Assembly: GCA_963709585.1 (NCBI GenBank)
Contig: CAVPXI010000015.1
Location: 160,001 to 224,000 of the forward strand
Length of the DNA stretch: 64,000 nt
From: Candidatus Dormiibacterota bacterium
GTDB taxonomy: Bacteria > Chloroflexota > Dormibacteria > Aeolococcales > Aeolococcaceae
Direction: 5' to 3'
Position numbers and translations under genes: made by a program. The notes under the pieces are model-generated. The model was not told where the DNA came from. It saw nothing but the letters and a program-made list of their open reading frames with translations, and did no database searches. Each line of letters begins with the position of its first letter. The stretch's first letter is position 1. This document shows positions 9,685 through 19,479 of this stretch, piece by piece.

Positions 9685-9714
9685 GCTCTGGTGTGTTAAT
9701 CGTACGCTGGCGGG
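9685..9714 (+). repeat. Dispersed repeat copy R6
   Basis: GCTCTGGTGTGTTAATCGTACGCTGGCGGG. Confidence 0.75.
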
Positions 9715-9737
9715 GAATCCTTCGCGGCGAGACCCCC

Positions 9738-10466
9738 ATGGCGATAGCGCCGCGCCTCGGCCGAAGGCTCTTTGCGCTCATTCCAAGTCCCTGGCGCTGC
9801 AAGTTCTGCAACGCTCCATTCTGTGGACCCTATGCCGGTACCTTTCGTCGCATTGGCTACGCGCCCTCGCGCAAGAACCCGAACATCTGCGCACGCTGTA
9901 TCGAATCCGCGCCTGAAGGTGGCGCGGTCGTACCGATCAGTGTGCTCTTCGCCGACGTCCGCGGCTACACGTCTCTCACCGAGCGGACATCGAGCGTCGA
10001 GGTGACCACGCTGCTCAATCGTTTCTATGCGGCCTCGTCGCGCGCTCTGCTCGCCCACGAGGCCGTCCTGGGCCAGATCGCCGGTGACGAGGTCATGGCG
10101 TTATTCGTCCCTGGGTTTGCCGGACCAGGGTATCCGCGCAAGGCCATAGACGGTGCGTGCTCGCTACTACACGCAATGGGCTACGGAACGCCAGAAGGCA
10201 ACTGGCTCGATGTCGGCGTGGGTATCTGTTCCGGTGAGGAGTACGTCGGCAACGTCGGCGGCGGCGGGTTCAAAGACTTCACCGCTCTCGGCGACGTGAC
10301 CAACACCGCCGCTCGCCTTCAAGCGCAAACCAAAGGTGGCGAGGTCCTGCTGTGCGCAGCTACGTACAATGCGGCAGCCGACGCCTGTGCTGGCGCTGAG
10401 CTCAGACAACTCTCTCTCAAGGGGAAGGCGGAGCCGGTTGCCGGATACCTGATCCGCGTCCCGTAG
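9738..10466 (+). CDS. Class III adenylate/guanylate cyclase with N-terminal Cys cluster
   Basis: VLFADVRGYT, IAGDEVM, LGDVTNTAARL, LKGK; CKFC...CARC. Confidence 0.9.
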   Translation: MAIAPRLGRRLFALIPSPWRCKFCNAPFCGPYAGTFRRIGYAPSRKNPNICARCIESAPEGGAVVPISVLFADVRGYTSLTERTSSVEVTTLLNRFYAASSRALLAHEAVLGQIAGDEVMALFVPGFAGPGYPRKAIDGACSLLHAMGYGTPEGNWLDVGVGICSGEEYVGNVGGGGFKDFTALGDVTNTAARLQAQTKGGEVLLCAATYNAAADACAGAELRQLSLKGKAEPVAGYLIRVP

Positions 10467-11039
10467 CCTGCACTGGGAGCGATATGACGGGCCAGTGGTC
10501 TCTTGCGACAACCTCCAGTCGCTCTACGGGTTGCCGTCGTCCTGGTTCGCGTTGACTAAACGGGCGCCGGACGACCTCCCTCTTGACTTGAATTGAGCAA
10601 CGAAACTTGGAGGACGCTCGCGGAGGGCGAGTATCTTGGATATCCGCGCGCGCTCTCCGCTCAAGGGCTAGTCGAAGAAAATGGGAGCTGCGCTCGCCAA
10701 CCAGGTCATGCCGCGTTAGGTTCACCAAACCTAGGCTGGAGCGTTGCGATTCACCGGTGATTGATCATGCGATTGCCTCCCTCGGCCTGACTCTCAAGTG
10801 AAAAGACACCTTCCCTGTCACCTACGCGCGGCGATCCTCGGCGGTCGAGTGAGAGGATGCTCGTGTGTAATAGAGCGATGTTCCGTGAGGACATATTGAC
10901 CTTGCGTCGACCGTAACGGGTGAGCGCCGAAGCAGATGTGGGGGTCCGTTCAGACCCGAGTTGGCTCGTTAATCTGGAGCGTGCCACCCCGGCTTAGGAA
11001 CGCGTGATCCGAGCGGATTTCAGCGACAGCCTCGGGGGT

Positions 11040-11520
11040 GTCGGCCTCGTCGGAGAGCGGTGCCGGTTGATCGTCTGGGCGTTGCGCAATCCGCCCGCCC
11101 AGGTCGGATGCGTCTCGTGGAGCTCGGGCCGAGCGGTGCAGAGCAGGAGCAGCGGCACCCCTGTGGACCAGTCGTCCAGGTGCTCGAGGAAGGCGAGCAT
11201 CGGCCGGCGGTGCAGCGCGGAGTCCTTCAACGCCTGGCGACGCTTCCTCGAGGGGCTGGCCGCGCAAAACCCCACCGTGCTCGTGGTCGACGATTTTCAC
11301 TGGGCGGATGCGATCGCCAGCTGCTGGCCGGCGCGCTCGAGGAGGTGCCCCCCCGAACTCAGTGCAGGCACTGATCGCCGCCCGCCTGGACACGCTCTCC
11401 GCGGACCGCAAGAGCCTGCTCCAGGACGCGGCGGTGATCGGCAAGGTGTTCTGGGCGGGGGCGCTCGCCCGCATGGGCGAGCGCGACCCGCGGGACGTCG
11501 AGCTCGCCCTCCACGAGGTG
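11040..11520. pseudogene. Scrambled fragments of a STAND-type AAA ATPase (cyclase/LuxR-associated type)
   Basis: + strand: LVVDDFHWAD and SVQALIAARLD..LLQDAAVIG; - strand: LLLLCTARPEL..WAGG. Confidence 0.7.
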
Positions 11521-11904
11521 GTACTCAGACTGTGGTCGCCCGGTCCGGTGTATTGGGATCGGCGCAGTGAGTTGAAATGGGTTCCCCGCCAGCGTCGCGT
11601 TGGACGGCCCTGCCGTTATCTGCAACATGTGGTCGTGACCCTGCGCGAAGGTCTCATAGGTCATGCTGGGCACCGATTGGATGAGCTCACCGGCCTCAGC
11701 CGCTAGTCCGGTCAGGGTGACGTTGATCGTCAATCGCGCGATGCCCGTGGCGGTTGAGGGAGTTGCGCGGGGTACCGTGGTACTGCCGCCGCATGCAGCG
11801 ATGCCGAGAGCGCTCCACGCCGAGACTGCTGCAACCAATGCACGCGATCGGATTAGTCGCCGGGCCACAGCGCGCACACCCCACAGCGGGCCCACCGGCG
11901 TCAT
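11518..11904 (-). pseudogene. Truncated, frameshifted paralogue of the adjacent lipoprotein
   Basis: GIAACGG lipobox; aligns with 11905-12443 product up to PGDHSL after a -1 shift near 11556. Confidence 0.65.
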
Positions 11905-12443
11905 TTAGCTGGGCAGAGACCTGCACGTCCACGCGAGCATCCCGTTTTCGTTCTCGGTTCCAAGTCCACCGATCCCATGCACCCAGTCGAGGAATGTGAA
12001 CGAACCCGACCCGTCGTCGTTGACCGTCGCGGCTTCTTCGGACTGGAGAAATATCTTGAAGGTCTCCGGCGCGCTCGCCGGGCCGACCGTGACCGCGGTC
12101 GTGAACTGATTTCCTCCAAAGCCTTCCGTGTCCAAGCTGTAATCCCCCGGCCCCGCGTATTGGGCTATCGGCGCCGTGAGGTGGAAGGGATTGCCCGCCA
12201 GCGTCGCATTGGCCGGTCCGGACGGTATCAGGAACGTGTGGCTCCGACCCTCCGCGAACGTCTCGCAGGTCGTGCCGACAACCGACTGGATCAGCTCGCC
12301 CGTTTCAGCTACTGCCCCAGTCAGGGTGACCTTGATCGCTAGCTGCGCGGTGCCCATGACAGCTGAGGGGGTTGGCGTGGGGGCGCTTGTACTTCCGCCG
12401 CACGCAGCGATGCCCACGGCGATCCACAATACGGCGGCCGTCA
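11905..12443 (-). CDS. Putative lipoprotein
   Basis: VGIAACGG lipobox, Thr/Pro linker; start uncertain (ORF extends to 12606). Confidence 0.65.
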
Positions 12444-12773
12444 TCGAGGCACCCGATGAGAATCGTCGCCAGGCCGAAGCGCAGACGCCGCAGCGGGATC
12501 CGTTCTCTTCGGCGCGACGGGCGTACCGCTCGACCATGAGCTTCCTAGACCTCCGTGAGACAGGATAATCGTCGTGAATCCAGCCAGTCACGACTATGCC
12601 TGCCATGCTCAGTAGGGGCTGTCAGCCAGTGGACAGTGAATGTGTCGGCAACTAGACTGACAATGGCGTCCTATTTCCCTGAGGATCCAGCCTATGACTA
12701 GACGATGCCCGTGGGGTCATCGTCAACCTGTGTCGCTGACACGGCTCGGGGATGGATGACGGTGGGAGGGCTT

Positions 12774-14445
12774 ATGGGACTCTCGGCTGTGCCCATCCTC
12801 TCGGACAACCCTCTCGTCCGCGCCGCCGCGCGCGTCCCTGCGACCGTCCAGCGCAAGCTCTTGGTGGCATTCGCAATCGTCGTTGCTCTACTCGTTACGG
12901 TCGGTGTTCTGGGTCTCAACGTCTTGAGTCAGTCCAACACTCGCGTCGACGCACTTGGGCAACTGCCACAACGGCTCGCTGCGTATCAGCAGCTCCTCGT
13001 GGACACCGGCAAACTTGGTGGGTTCATGACCGAGCGGGATTTCGTTGTCGGTTGTCTTCCGCCGGAGCCGACCCATTGTACGGCGACGCCGTATACGGAT
13101 GGCGTCCCTGCCCTTAACCGGACGGACGGGGAGATCACCGCAACGCTTGACCTGATGGCTCCGCTGACAAACGTCACCGAGCTGGGGTTCGTGCTCCCGG
13201 CTGACGAGAACGCCATCTTCGCAGCGATCCGCTCGGAATATATCTCGCTTGCTCCAGCCATGATGCAGTTGATCGTCGGCGACGATCACGGCAGCTACGT
13301 CAACAATCAGCCGCAGTCGGATCAGCTGAGCGACGGCTACGGCCACGGACTTTACCCAAATGCCAAACAACTGGTGATCCTGACTTCGAGCGTCTGAATC
13401 AACTCTAGTCGCGCAGGACCACGATTCGAACCTGGCCTCGCAACACCTCTTCATCGGTGTCGCAGCTGGAAGCGCGGCCCTGGCACTAATCCTCGGCGTC
13501 GTTCTTTCGTGGGCGATTGTGGGTCCGATCAAGAAGATGCGGTCTCGCCTTGCTGCGATCGGCTCTGGGGATTTCTCAGAACATGTCAACGTCGACAACC
13601 GCGATGAACTCGGAGCGCTCGCCGCCGATCTCAATCGAATGAACGACGAGGTGAGGCGGCTATATGAGGAGGTGGAAGCCGCGAGCAAGCATAAGTCGGA
13701 CTTCCTCGCCAACATGTCACACGAGCTGCGCACACCGCTCAATGCCGTGATCGGATTCTCCGAGGTGCTGGAAGGCCGCCTCTTCGGTGAACTCAACGAC
13801 AAGCAGGCCGAGTACGTGACCGACATCCACACCTCGGGGCGCCATCTGCTCACCCTGATCAACGACATCCTTGATCTCTCCAAGATCGAGGCGGGCCGGA
13901 TGGATTTGCAGGTCACCAGCTTTTCGTTGCCAGAGGTGCTGCAGAATGTGGAAGCGCTCTTGCGCGAACGCGCAACTCGCCAAGGCATCAGCCTTGGCCT
14001 CGAGGTCGACCCGAGCACCGGAGTCATCGAAGCCGACGAGCGGATGGTCAAGCAGGTGCTCTTCAACCTGCTCTCCAACGCATTGAAGTTCACACCGAAA
14101 GGCGGTCACGTCGACGTCGCGGCGCATACGGAGGGCAAGGAGGTGGTCGTCAGCGTGCACGATGACGGCGTTGGTGTCGATCCGGCGGATCAAGCACGGA
14201 TCTTTGAGGAGTTCCAACAGGTCGGGACTTCCAATCTTCAGGAGGGCACCGGTCTTGGCCTCGCGATCTCGCGGCGTTTCGTCGAGCTCCACGGCGGCAG
14301 CCTCCGAGTTGAGAGCGAGGCGGGCCAGGGCAGCACGTTCACCTTCACGATTCCGAGAACGCAGGGTTCCGCAGCGACAACAGAGAGTGCAGGATCACCT
14401 CCGGAAGTGGCTGGGGCGCCAGCGTCTACCGCGGCACTCTCGTGA
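12774..14445 (+). CDS. HAMP-HisKA-HATPase sensor kinase (apparent +1 frameshift at ~13385)
   Basis: TM-sensor-TM, NRDELG HAMP, SHELRTPL, NLLSNALKF, GTGLGL; removing one T from GACTTC joins both ORFs. Confidence 0.8.
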
Positions 14446-14838
14446 CCACCCTCGCCGAGGATCGGCTGGTCCTCATCATCGAAGACAACGAGAAGAATCT
14501 CAAGCTCGCCCCGCGATCTCCTGCGCTACCACGGTTTCCGCACGATCGAAGCATCGGATGCCGAGACCGGCCTCCAGCTGGCGTCAGATTCGACGCCCGA
14601 CATCATCCTCATGGATATCGAACTGCCGGGCATGGACGGCGTGACGGCGTTAGAACGGCTGCGGGCTGATCCAGCCACAGCCGCCATCGTCGTGGTCGCC
14701 TTCACCGCGTCAGTGATGCCGGTCGACGGCGACCGGTTCTCGCGCCGGTTTGCCGGGGTCATCGTCAAGCCGATCGAGGTCACCGCGCTCCCGAACCAGG
14801 TGCTTGCGTACTGCAATGGGTCGGCGAGAGGAGACTGA
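14442..14838 (+). CDS. Single-domain response regulator (apparent +1 frameshift in C-run 14509-14512)
   Basis: IIEDNEKNLKL and ILMDIELPGMDG..KPI in different frames. Confidence 0.75.
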
Positions 14839-15851
14839 TGGATCGCGCCGCCCGGTTGCTTGTCATCGACGACACCCCGCAGAATGGGCGGCTCCTCGAG
14901 GCCCTGCTGACACCGCACGGTTACACAGTCGCGCTGGCGTATTCGGGCGGCGAGGGACTGGAAAAGCTCCACTCTGAGCCGCCCGACCTGGTGCTCCTCG
15001 ACATCCTCATGCCTGACATGACGGGGTACGAGGTCTGCCGGCAACTCCGCGAGAATCCCGCGACCCGACTCCTCCCGGTCGTGATGCTGACGTCGAGCGG
15101 CGACCAGGACAAGGTCAACGCCATCGAAGCGGGTGCCGACGACTTCATCGCTCGACCGCTCAATCCGCAGGAGCTGCTGAGCCGCGTGCGCTCGCTGCTG
15201 CGGATCAAGGAGTATCACGACACCATTCAGGCGCAGGCCGCAGAGCTTGCCGAATGGAACCGCACCCTTGAGGCGCGCGTGCGCAGTCAGGTTGCACAGC
15301 TTGAGGGTCTCGATCGCCTTCGCCGCTACTTCTCGGCGCCGGTCGCCGACGTCATCATGTCCGGCGCCGCGCAGATGCTCGAGCCGCATCGACGCGAGGT
15401 CACCATCCTCTTCTGCGATCTGCGCGGCTTCACGGCCTTCGCTGCCGTCGCGGAGCCCGAAGACGTGATGTCGGCGCTCAGCCAGTTCTACGAAGCGGTT
15501 GGCGAATTGATCCTTCGTTTCGAGGCAACGCTCGAACAGTTCGCGGGCAACTCGATCATGGCCATCTTCAACGACCCAATGCCATGCACTGCGCACACCG
15601 CTACGGCGGTGGGCATGGCGCTCGAGGTTCGCCAAAGGATGCGAGTGCTGTCCGACGACTGGCGCCGTGCCGGCTTCGATCTTGACGCGAGGGTCGGCAT
15701 TGCGCAGGGGTACGCGACCCTCGGTCGGGTCGGATTCGAGGGACGGTTCGACCTTGCGGATGGGGCGCTCCTCGGGTGGAATCAACTCGGCCTGGTCAAA
15801 GTGCAGCGCGATGATCCGCTTGCTTCCGCAGGTCGCACACGTCATCGCTAG
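14838..15851 (+). pseudogene. REC-adenylate/guanylate cyclase, C-terminally truncated at ~15753
   Basis: REC domain, LFCDLRGFT; similarity stops after GFEGRFD; NxAARL motif absent. Confidence 0.75.
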
Positions 15852-16010
15852 CCGCCGAGGGCTACGAAGCGCCACAGTATCGCGAGGCTACACGCCGTCG
15901 GCTGACCTGTCCGTGCGCTGGCGCACCTAACTGCGTGGTGCGTCAAGTATGTCATTGCCCAAATCTGTGGTCTTATTGCGCTCGCAAGGTGCAGACTTGT
16001 ATTCAAATGG

Positions 16011-16086
16011 TGGTGCCGAGGGACAGAATCGAACTGTCGACACCAGGTTTTTCAGACCTGTGCTCTACCAACTGAGCTACCTCGGC
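16011..16086 (-). tRNA. tRNA-Phe (GAA)
   Basis: Cloverleaf GCCGAGGTAGCTCAGTTGG..CAGGT-CTGAAAA-ACCTG..GTTCGATTC..CACCA. Confidence 0.97.
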
Positions 16087-16166
16087 GATCCGCGACGCAG
16101 TGTACCGGCACCTCACGCCCTTCCCATGGCGCGTTTGGTCCACTGAAGCGCCCGTACAATCAAAGC

Positions 16167-16793
16167 ATGGCCCGGGTCATCCACGTTCGCGTGCGCGGGG
16201 TCGCAGCAGCCGACCGGGATCGATTACAGGACCGGTTCGCCGAGCTCATCAGCGGCCGGGAATGGCGCGACCAGCTTCCCTGGCTGGCCGATGCCGGATC
16301 GACCGACCTCTTCGCCCAACTCTTCTTCGATCAGGCGCTGGCGGCCGATCTCCGCGACGACCCGCCCGCGGACGACCTCGCCGCGGCGGGCTTCATCCGC
16401 GTCGCCGGCGACGAGACCGACGCGCTCGCCCTTGTGTTCGTCCTCCGCGACATCTCCGAGCGCTTTTCATGCCGGGTCGGTGTTCGCGACCCCGACAACC
16501 CGATCGCCAAGCTCCGTGTCGTCGACCTCGTCAGCGGCCGGCTTGCTGACCAGCGAGCCCTCGAATCGATTCTCGTCCGCAGGCCGATCTTCAAGCGGAT
16601 GCGGGACGGCAACCGGATCGAGATGTACCCACCGCGCGCGCTCGGCAGCGCCTTCGGCACGACCGAAGGGGCCGATGGCGAGCGCCGGGCCTGGAGCTTT
16701 CTCGTGCACGGCATGCGCGATTCCCGCCCCAACTTCCTCGAGGCCGAGGCGGAAGCCATCCGCATCTGGCGCGGGCTGCGCTTCCTCGAGTGA
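16167..16793 (+). CDS. Hypothetical protein
   Basis: Coding-like ORF; TACAAT 6 nt upstream; GTGA overlap with dtd. Confidence 0.75.
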   Translation: MARVIHVRVRGVAAADRDRLQDRFAELISGREWRDQLPWLADAGSTDLFAQLFFDQALAADLRDDPPADDLAAAGFIRVAGDETDALALVFVLRDISERFSCRVGVRDPDNPIAKLRVVDLVSGRLADQRALESILVRRPIFKRMRDGNRIEMYPPRALGSAFGTTEGADGERRAWSFLVHGMRDSRPNFLEAEAEAIRIWRGLRFLE

Positions 16794-17257
16794 GGGCGGT
16801 CGTCCAACGGGTCAACCGAGCCAAGGTCGACGTGGGGGCCGAGACCGTGAGCGCCATCGACGCAGGGCTGTGCGTCCTGCTGTCAGTCGGCCCACACGAC
16901 GACGAGGCGGTGGCGGAACGGCTCGCCGGCCGCATCGCGACCCTGCGGATCTTTCCGGACGCAGCCGGGCGCATGAACCTCGACCTGGCAGCCTCCGGCG
17001 GCGCGGTCCTGGTGGTGAGCCAGTTCACGCTCCACGCCGACACCTCGCGTGGGCATCGCCCCTCGTTCGTCCGCGCCGCAGCTCCCGACCGAGCGGCCGA
17101 GCTCTACGAGGCGTTCGTGGCCGCTCTCCGGCACCTCGGCCACCACGTCGAAACCGGCAGCTTCGGCGCGCACATGGCAGTGGACCTGGTGAACGATGGC
17201 CCGGTCACCCTGGTCCTCACCAGCGGCGAGCCGGACTGGCCCGCCGACGCAGGGTAG
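16790..17257 (+). CDS. dtd: D-aminoacyl-tRNA deacylase
   Basis: MRAVVQRV, VSQFTL, RPSF, NDGPVT. Confidence 0.95.
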   Translation: MRAVVQRVNRAKVDVGAETVSAIDAGLCVLLSVGPHDDEAVAERLAGRIATLRIFPDAAGRMNLDLAASGGAVLVVSQFTLHADTSRGHRPSFVRAAAPDRAAELYEAFVAALRHLGHHVETGSFGAHMAVDLVNDGPVTLVLTSGEPDWPADAG

Positions 17258-17266
17258 GGCGCGGGA

Positions 17267-18064
17267 TCAGCCGGCGCGGCGGGCCCGGAGCGCGGCGAGC
17301 TGCTCGTCCTCGCCGCCCGCGCCCGAGTAGCGGAGCAGCTCGGGGGGCCTGCCCCCGGTGCCCGCGGGCGATCGGAATCGGGGCACGCGGAGCCGCAGGG
17401 CGGCGACTTCGGTGTCCCGCACCGGACGGAGCACGCCGGAATCGCGCAGCTCCTGGATCCGCCGCCTGAAGGTCCGCTCGCTGCCCTCCGGGCCTCCGTG
17501 GAGGGCCACGTGAAGGCGCAGCAGGTCGTCCCCGGTGAATACGTCGCCGACCAGCGCAGCGGCACCGGCGAGCTGCCGGGTGTCGGCGCGAAGCCGGTCG
17601 AGGGCGGAGCGCAGCGCGGCGGCGCCCGGTGTGTCGAGGTGCAGCCCTCGTCCGGTCGCCGACCAGACCCCGGGGCCGGGAACCGGTCCGTATTGGGCCG
17701 CCGCGTAGTACCAGACCGTGACGCTCCGGGATCGTGCGGGATCGTCCTCGACGCCGACGAGATGGAGACGCTGGCCTCCCCGGGCTCCTCGACGGCCTCC
17801 CAGGTCGATGCCTGCCTCGGCCGCGGCGCGAAGTGCCGCTTCGGGGAACCGCTCCTTGGGGCCCAGATCGCCTGTGGGGAGGGTTCTCTTCAGGGTGAGC
17901 ACGTGCAACGCCCGGCTCGCCGGGGTTCCGGGCTCAGGATCGAACCCGAATACCGCAACCCCCGCGCTCAGCGCCGCCATAGCTCCCTTGGTCATGCTCC
18001 TGGCCTCCTCCAGAGTCGGTGTGGTTTCGGAAGATGATGGCACGAACTGGGCAAATTGTGCCAC
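17267..18064 (-). CDS. NrtR-like regulator (degenerate Nudix domain + winged helix)
   Basis: FTGDDL, RTFRRRI, GGRPPELLRY; start uncertain. Confidence 0.6.
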   Translation of the reverse strand: MAQFAQFVPSSSETTPTLEEARSMTKGAMAALSAGVAVFGFDPEPGTPASRALHVLTLKRTLPTGDLGPKERFPEAALRAAAEAGIDLGGRRGARGGQRLHLVGVEDDPARSRSVTVWYYAAAQYGPVPGPGVWSATGRGLHLDTPGAAALRSALDRLRADTRQLAGAAALVGDVFTGDDLLRLHVALHGGPEGSERTFRRRIQELRDSGVLRPVRDTEVAALRLRVPRFRSPAGTGGRPPELLRYSGAGGEDEQLAALRARRAG

Positions 18065-18111
18065 CTGGAGTTGCCTTTTCCGCCTCCCCGATCTCGCCGA
18101 GCGGTCCCGCC

Positions 18112-19479
18112 CTACGCCTCGCCGGGAGGCGGGCCGGGCGCCGGGACCGTCCAGCTGACGGGTGGCTCGGCCGCTGTCTGGTCTCGGGAGCCGCTCAGGA
18201 CCCGCGGCCAGCTGACCGCCATCCTAGCGCCGCCGAGCGCCGAGGTGTCCACCTCCCAGCGCCCGCTGCTATGGCGGACCACGGCATCGGCGATCGCCAG
18301 CCCAAGCCCCGACCCGTAGCCACCCTGGGCTTCAGCGCGATGGAAGCGATCGAAGATCTTGGGGCGCTCCTCAGCTGGGATGCCCGGGCCGGAGTCCTCG
18401 ACGGCCAGGCGCACCCGGTTGCCCTCGGCGCCGACCCGGACCGCGACGACGCCTCCGGGCGGCGCGTACTTGAAGCCGTTGTCGAGCAAGACGCCGAGCA
18501 GGCGATCCAGCCACTCGGACGAGCCCATGATCACCAGCGGACCGGGGCCGACCGACACCTGGAGCGTGATCCCGCGGCTCTCCGCGACCGCCGCGAAGCG
18601 TTCAGCGGCCTGATGGACGACGACCCCGACTTCGACCGGCTCTGCGGCGGGACGGCCCTGTGGGGTATCCACTCGAGCGAGCCAGAGCAAGTCGTCGACC
18701 AGCCGCCGGATCCGTTTGCTCTCGGACCCGACCCGCTGGAACGCGTTGCGGTACCAAGTCGGGTCACGGTCCAGGCTGAGCGCGAGGCTTGTCTGCGCCT
18801 CGATGACGGCAAGCGGGGTCCGCAGCTCGTGAGAGGCGTCTGCGGTGAACTCGAGCTGGCGCTGCCGGGCGAGCTCGATCGGGCCGCCGACCCTTCGGCC
18901 GACGATCAGGGATACCCCGAAGACGAGCAGCAGCAAAATCACGCCGGCAACGGCCTCGGTGACGGCCAGCGAGGAGCGGGCTTGAGAGATCGAGTCGACG
19001 TCGTAGCCCACCAGCAGCCGCGCGGGACCCTGGAAAACGCCGAAGTGCGTGTCCACCTGAACCTCGCCAAGCGACGTCCCGACGATCCGTACATCGACAC
19101 CCTTGACCTGGGTCGTGATCGGGTCGGTCACAAACGTGTCCGCAGGCGGCAGGGTGGTCCCATCGCCAATGCTGGTCATCTGGCTATTGATGAATGGCGG
19201 CGGCAGCACCCCAGGGGCGAACGCCAGCCAGATGAGTGGCGGCGAATCGATGCCCTGCCCGGTGTCGGCCAGTCCGCTGGTAGTCGTCCCCAGCGGTGGA
19301 TGGACTTTGTAGTGTGCCAGCGACGCCGACAGGCGGCTGTCGACCTGGGCCGTCAGGTTGTTCGTCACGACGACCACCACCACTACGGCCACGATCGCGT
19401 AGACCAACGCGACGAGCCCCGTGCTGATCAGGGCCACGCGCAGCGAGGCAACGTTGACCCGCTCGAGCCGGCGGTTCAC
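18112..19479 (-). CDS. Sensor histidine kinase
   Basis: ASHELRTPL, LLDNGFKY, DSGPGI, GSGLGL; GTGA overlap with regulator. Confidence 0.9.
   Translation of the reverse strand: MNRRLERVNVASLRVALISTGLVALVYAIVAVVVVVVVTNNLTAQVDSRLSASLAHYKVHPPLGTTTSGLADTGQGIDSPPLIWLAFAPGVLPPPFINSQMTSIGDGTTLPPADTFVTDPITTQVKGVDVRIVGTSLGEVQVDTHFGVFQGPARLLVGYDVDSISQARSSLAVTEAVAGVILLLLVFGVSLIVGRRVGGPIELARQRQLEFTADASHELRTPLAVIEAQTSLALSLDRDPTWYRNAFQRVGSESKRIRRLVDDLLWLARVDTPQGRPAAEPVEVGVVVHQAAERFAAVAESRGITLQVSVGPGPLVIMGSSEWLDRLLGVLLDNGFKYAPPGGVVAVRVGAEGNRVRLAVEDSGPGIPAEERPKIFDRFHRAEAQGGYGSGLGLAIADAVVRHSSGRWEVDTSALGGARMAVSWPRVLSGSRDQTAAEPPVSWTVPAPGPPPGEA

Larger units (their letters stand above)
1..16010. mobile_element. 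Putative genomic island / plasticity region downstream of the tRNA-Phe 3' end (left boundary outside window)
   Basis: Abuts tRNA-Phe 3' end; accessory genes, many truncated fragments, dispersed repeats; no integrase or transposase visible in window. Confidence 0.5.

Noticed and set aside
296-9714. Repeats as CRISPR, integron attC or dif sites
   Set aside because: Kilobase spacing and no cas genes; no RYYYAAC..GTTRRRY long hairpins; no ATAA-N6-TTAT dif core.
10480-10990. Lower-GC intergenic stretch as ncRNA or gene
   Set aside because: No convincing ORF, structure or motif by eye.
13395-13397. TGA in the sensor kinase as selenocysteine or readthrough
   Set aside because: Downstream coding continues in the +1 frame, so this is a frameshift rather than an in-frame stop.
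14509-14512. Response-regulator frameshift as phase variation or GASTC event
   Set aside because: Only a C4 run and no GASTC; ordinary indel or sequencing error.
16008-16013. Encoded CCACCA after tRNA-Phe
   Set aside because: A 3-nt duplication is easily chance; the trailer would be trimmed.
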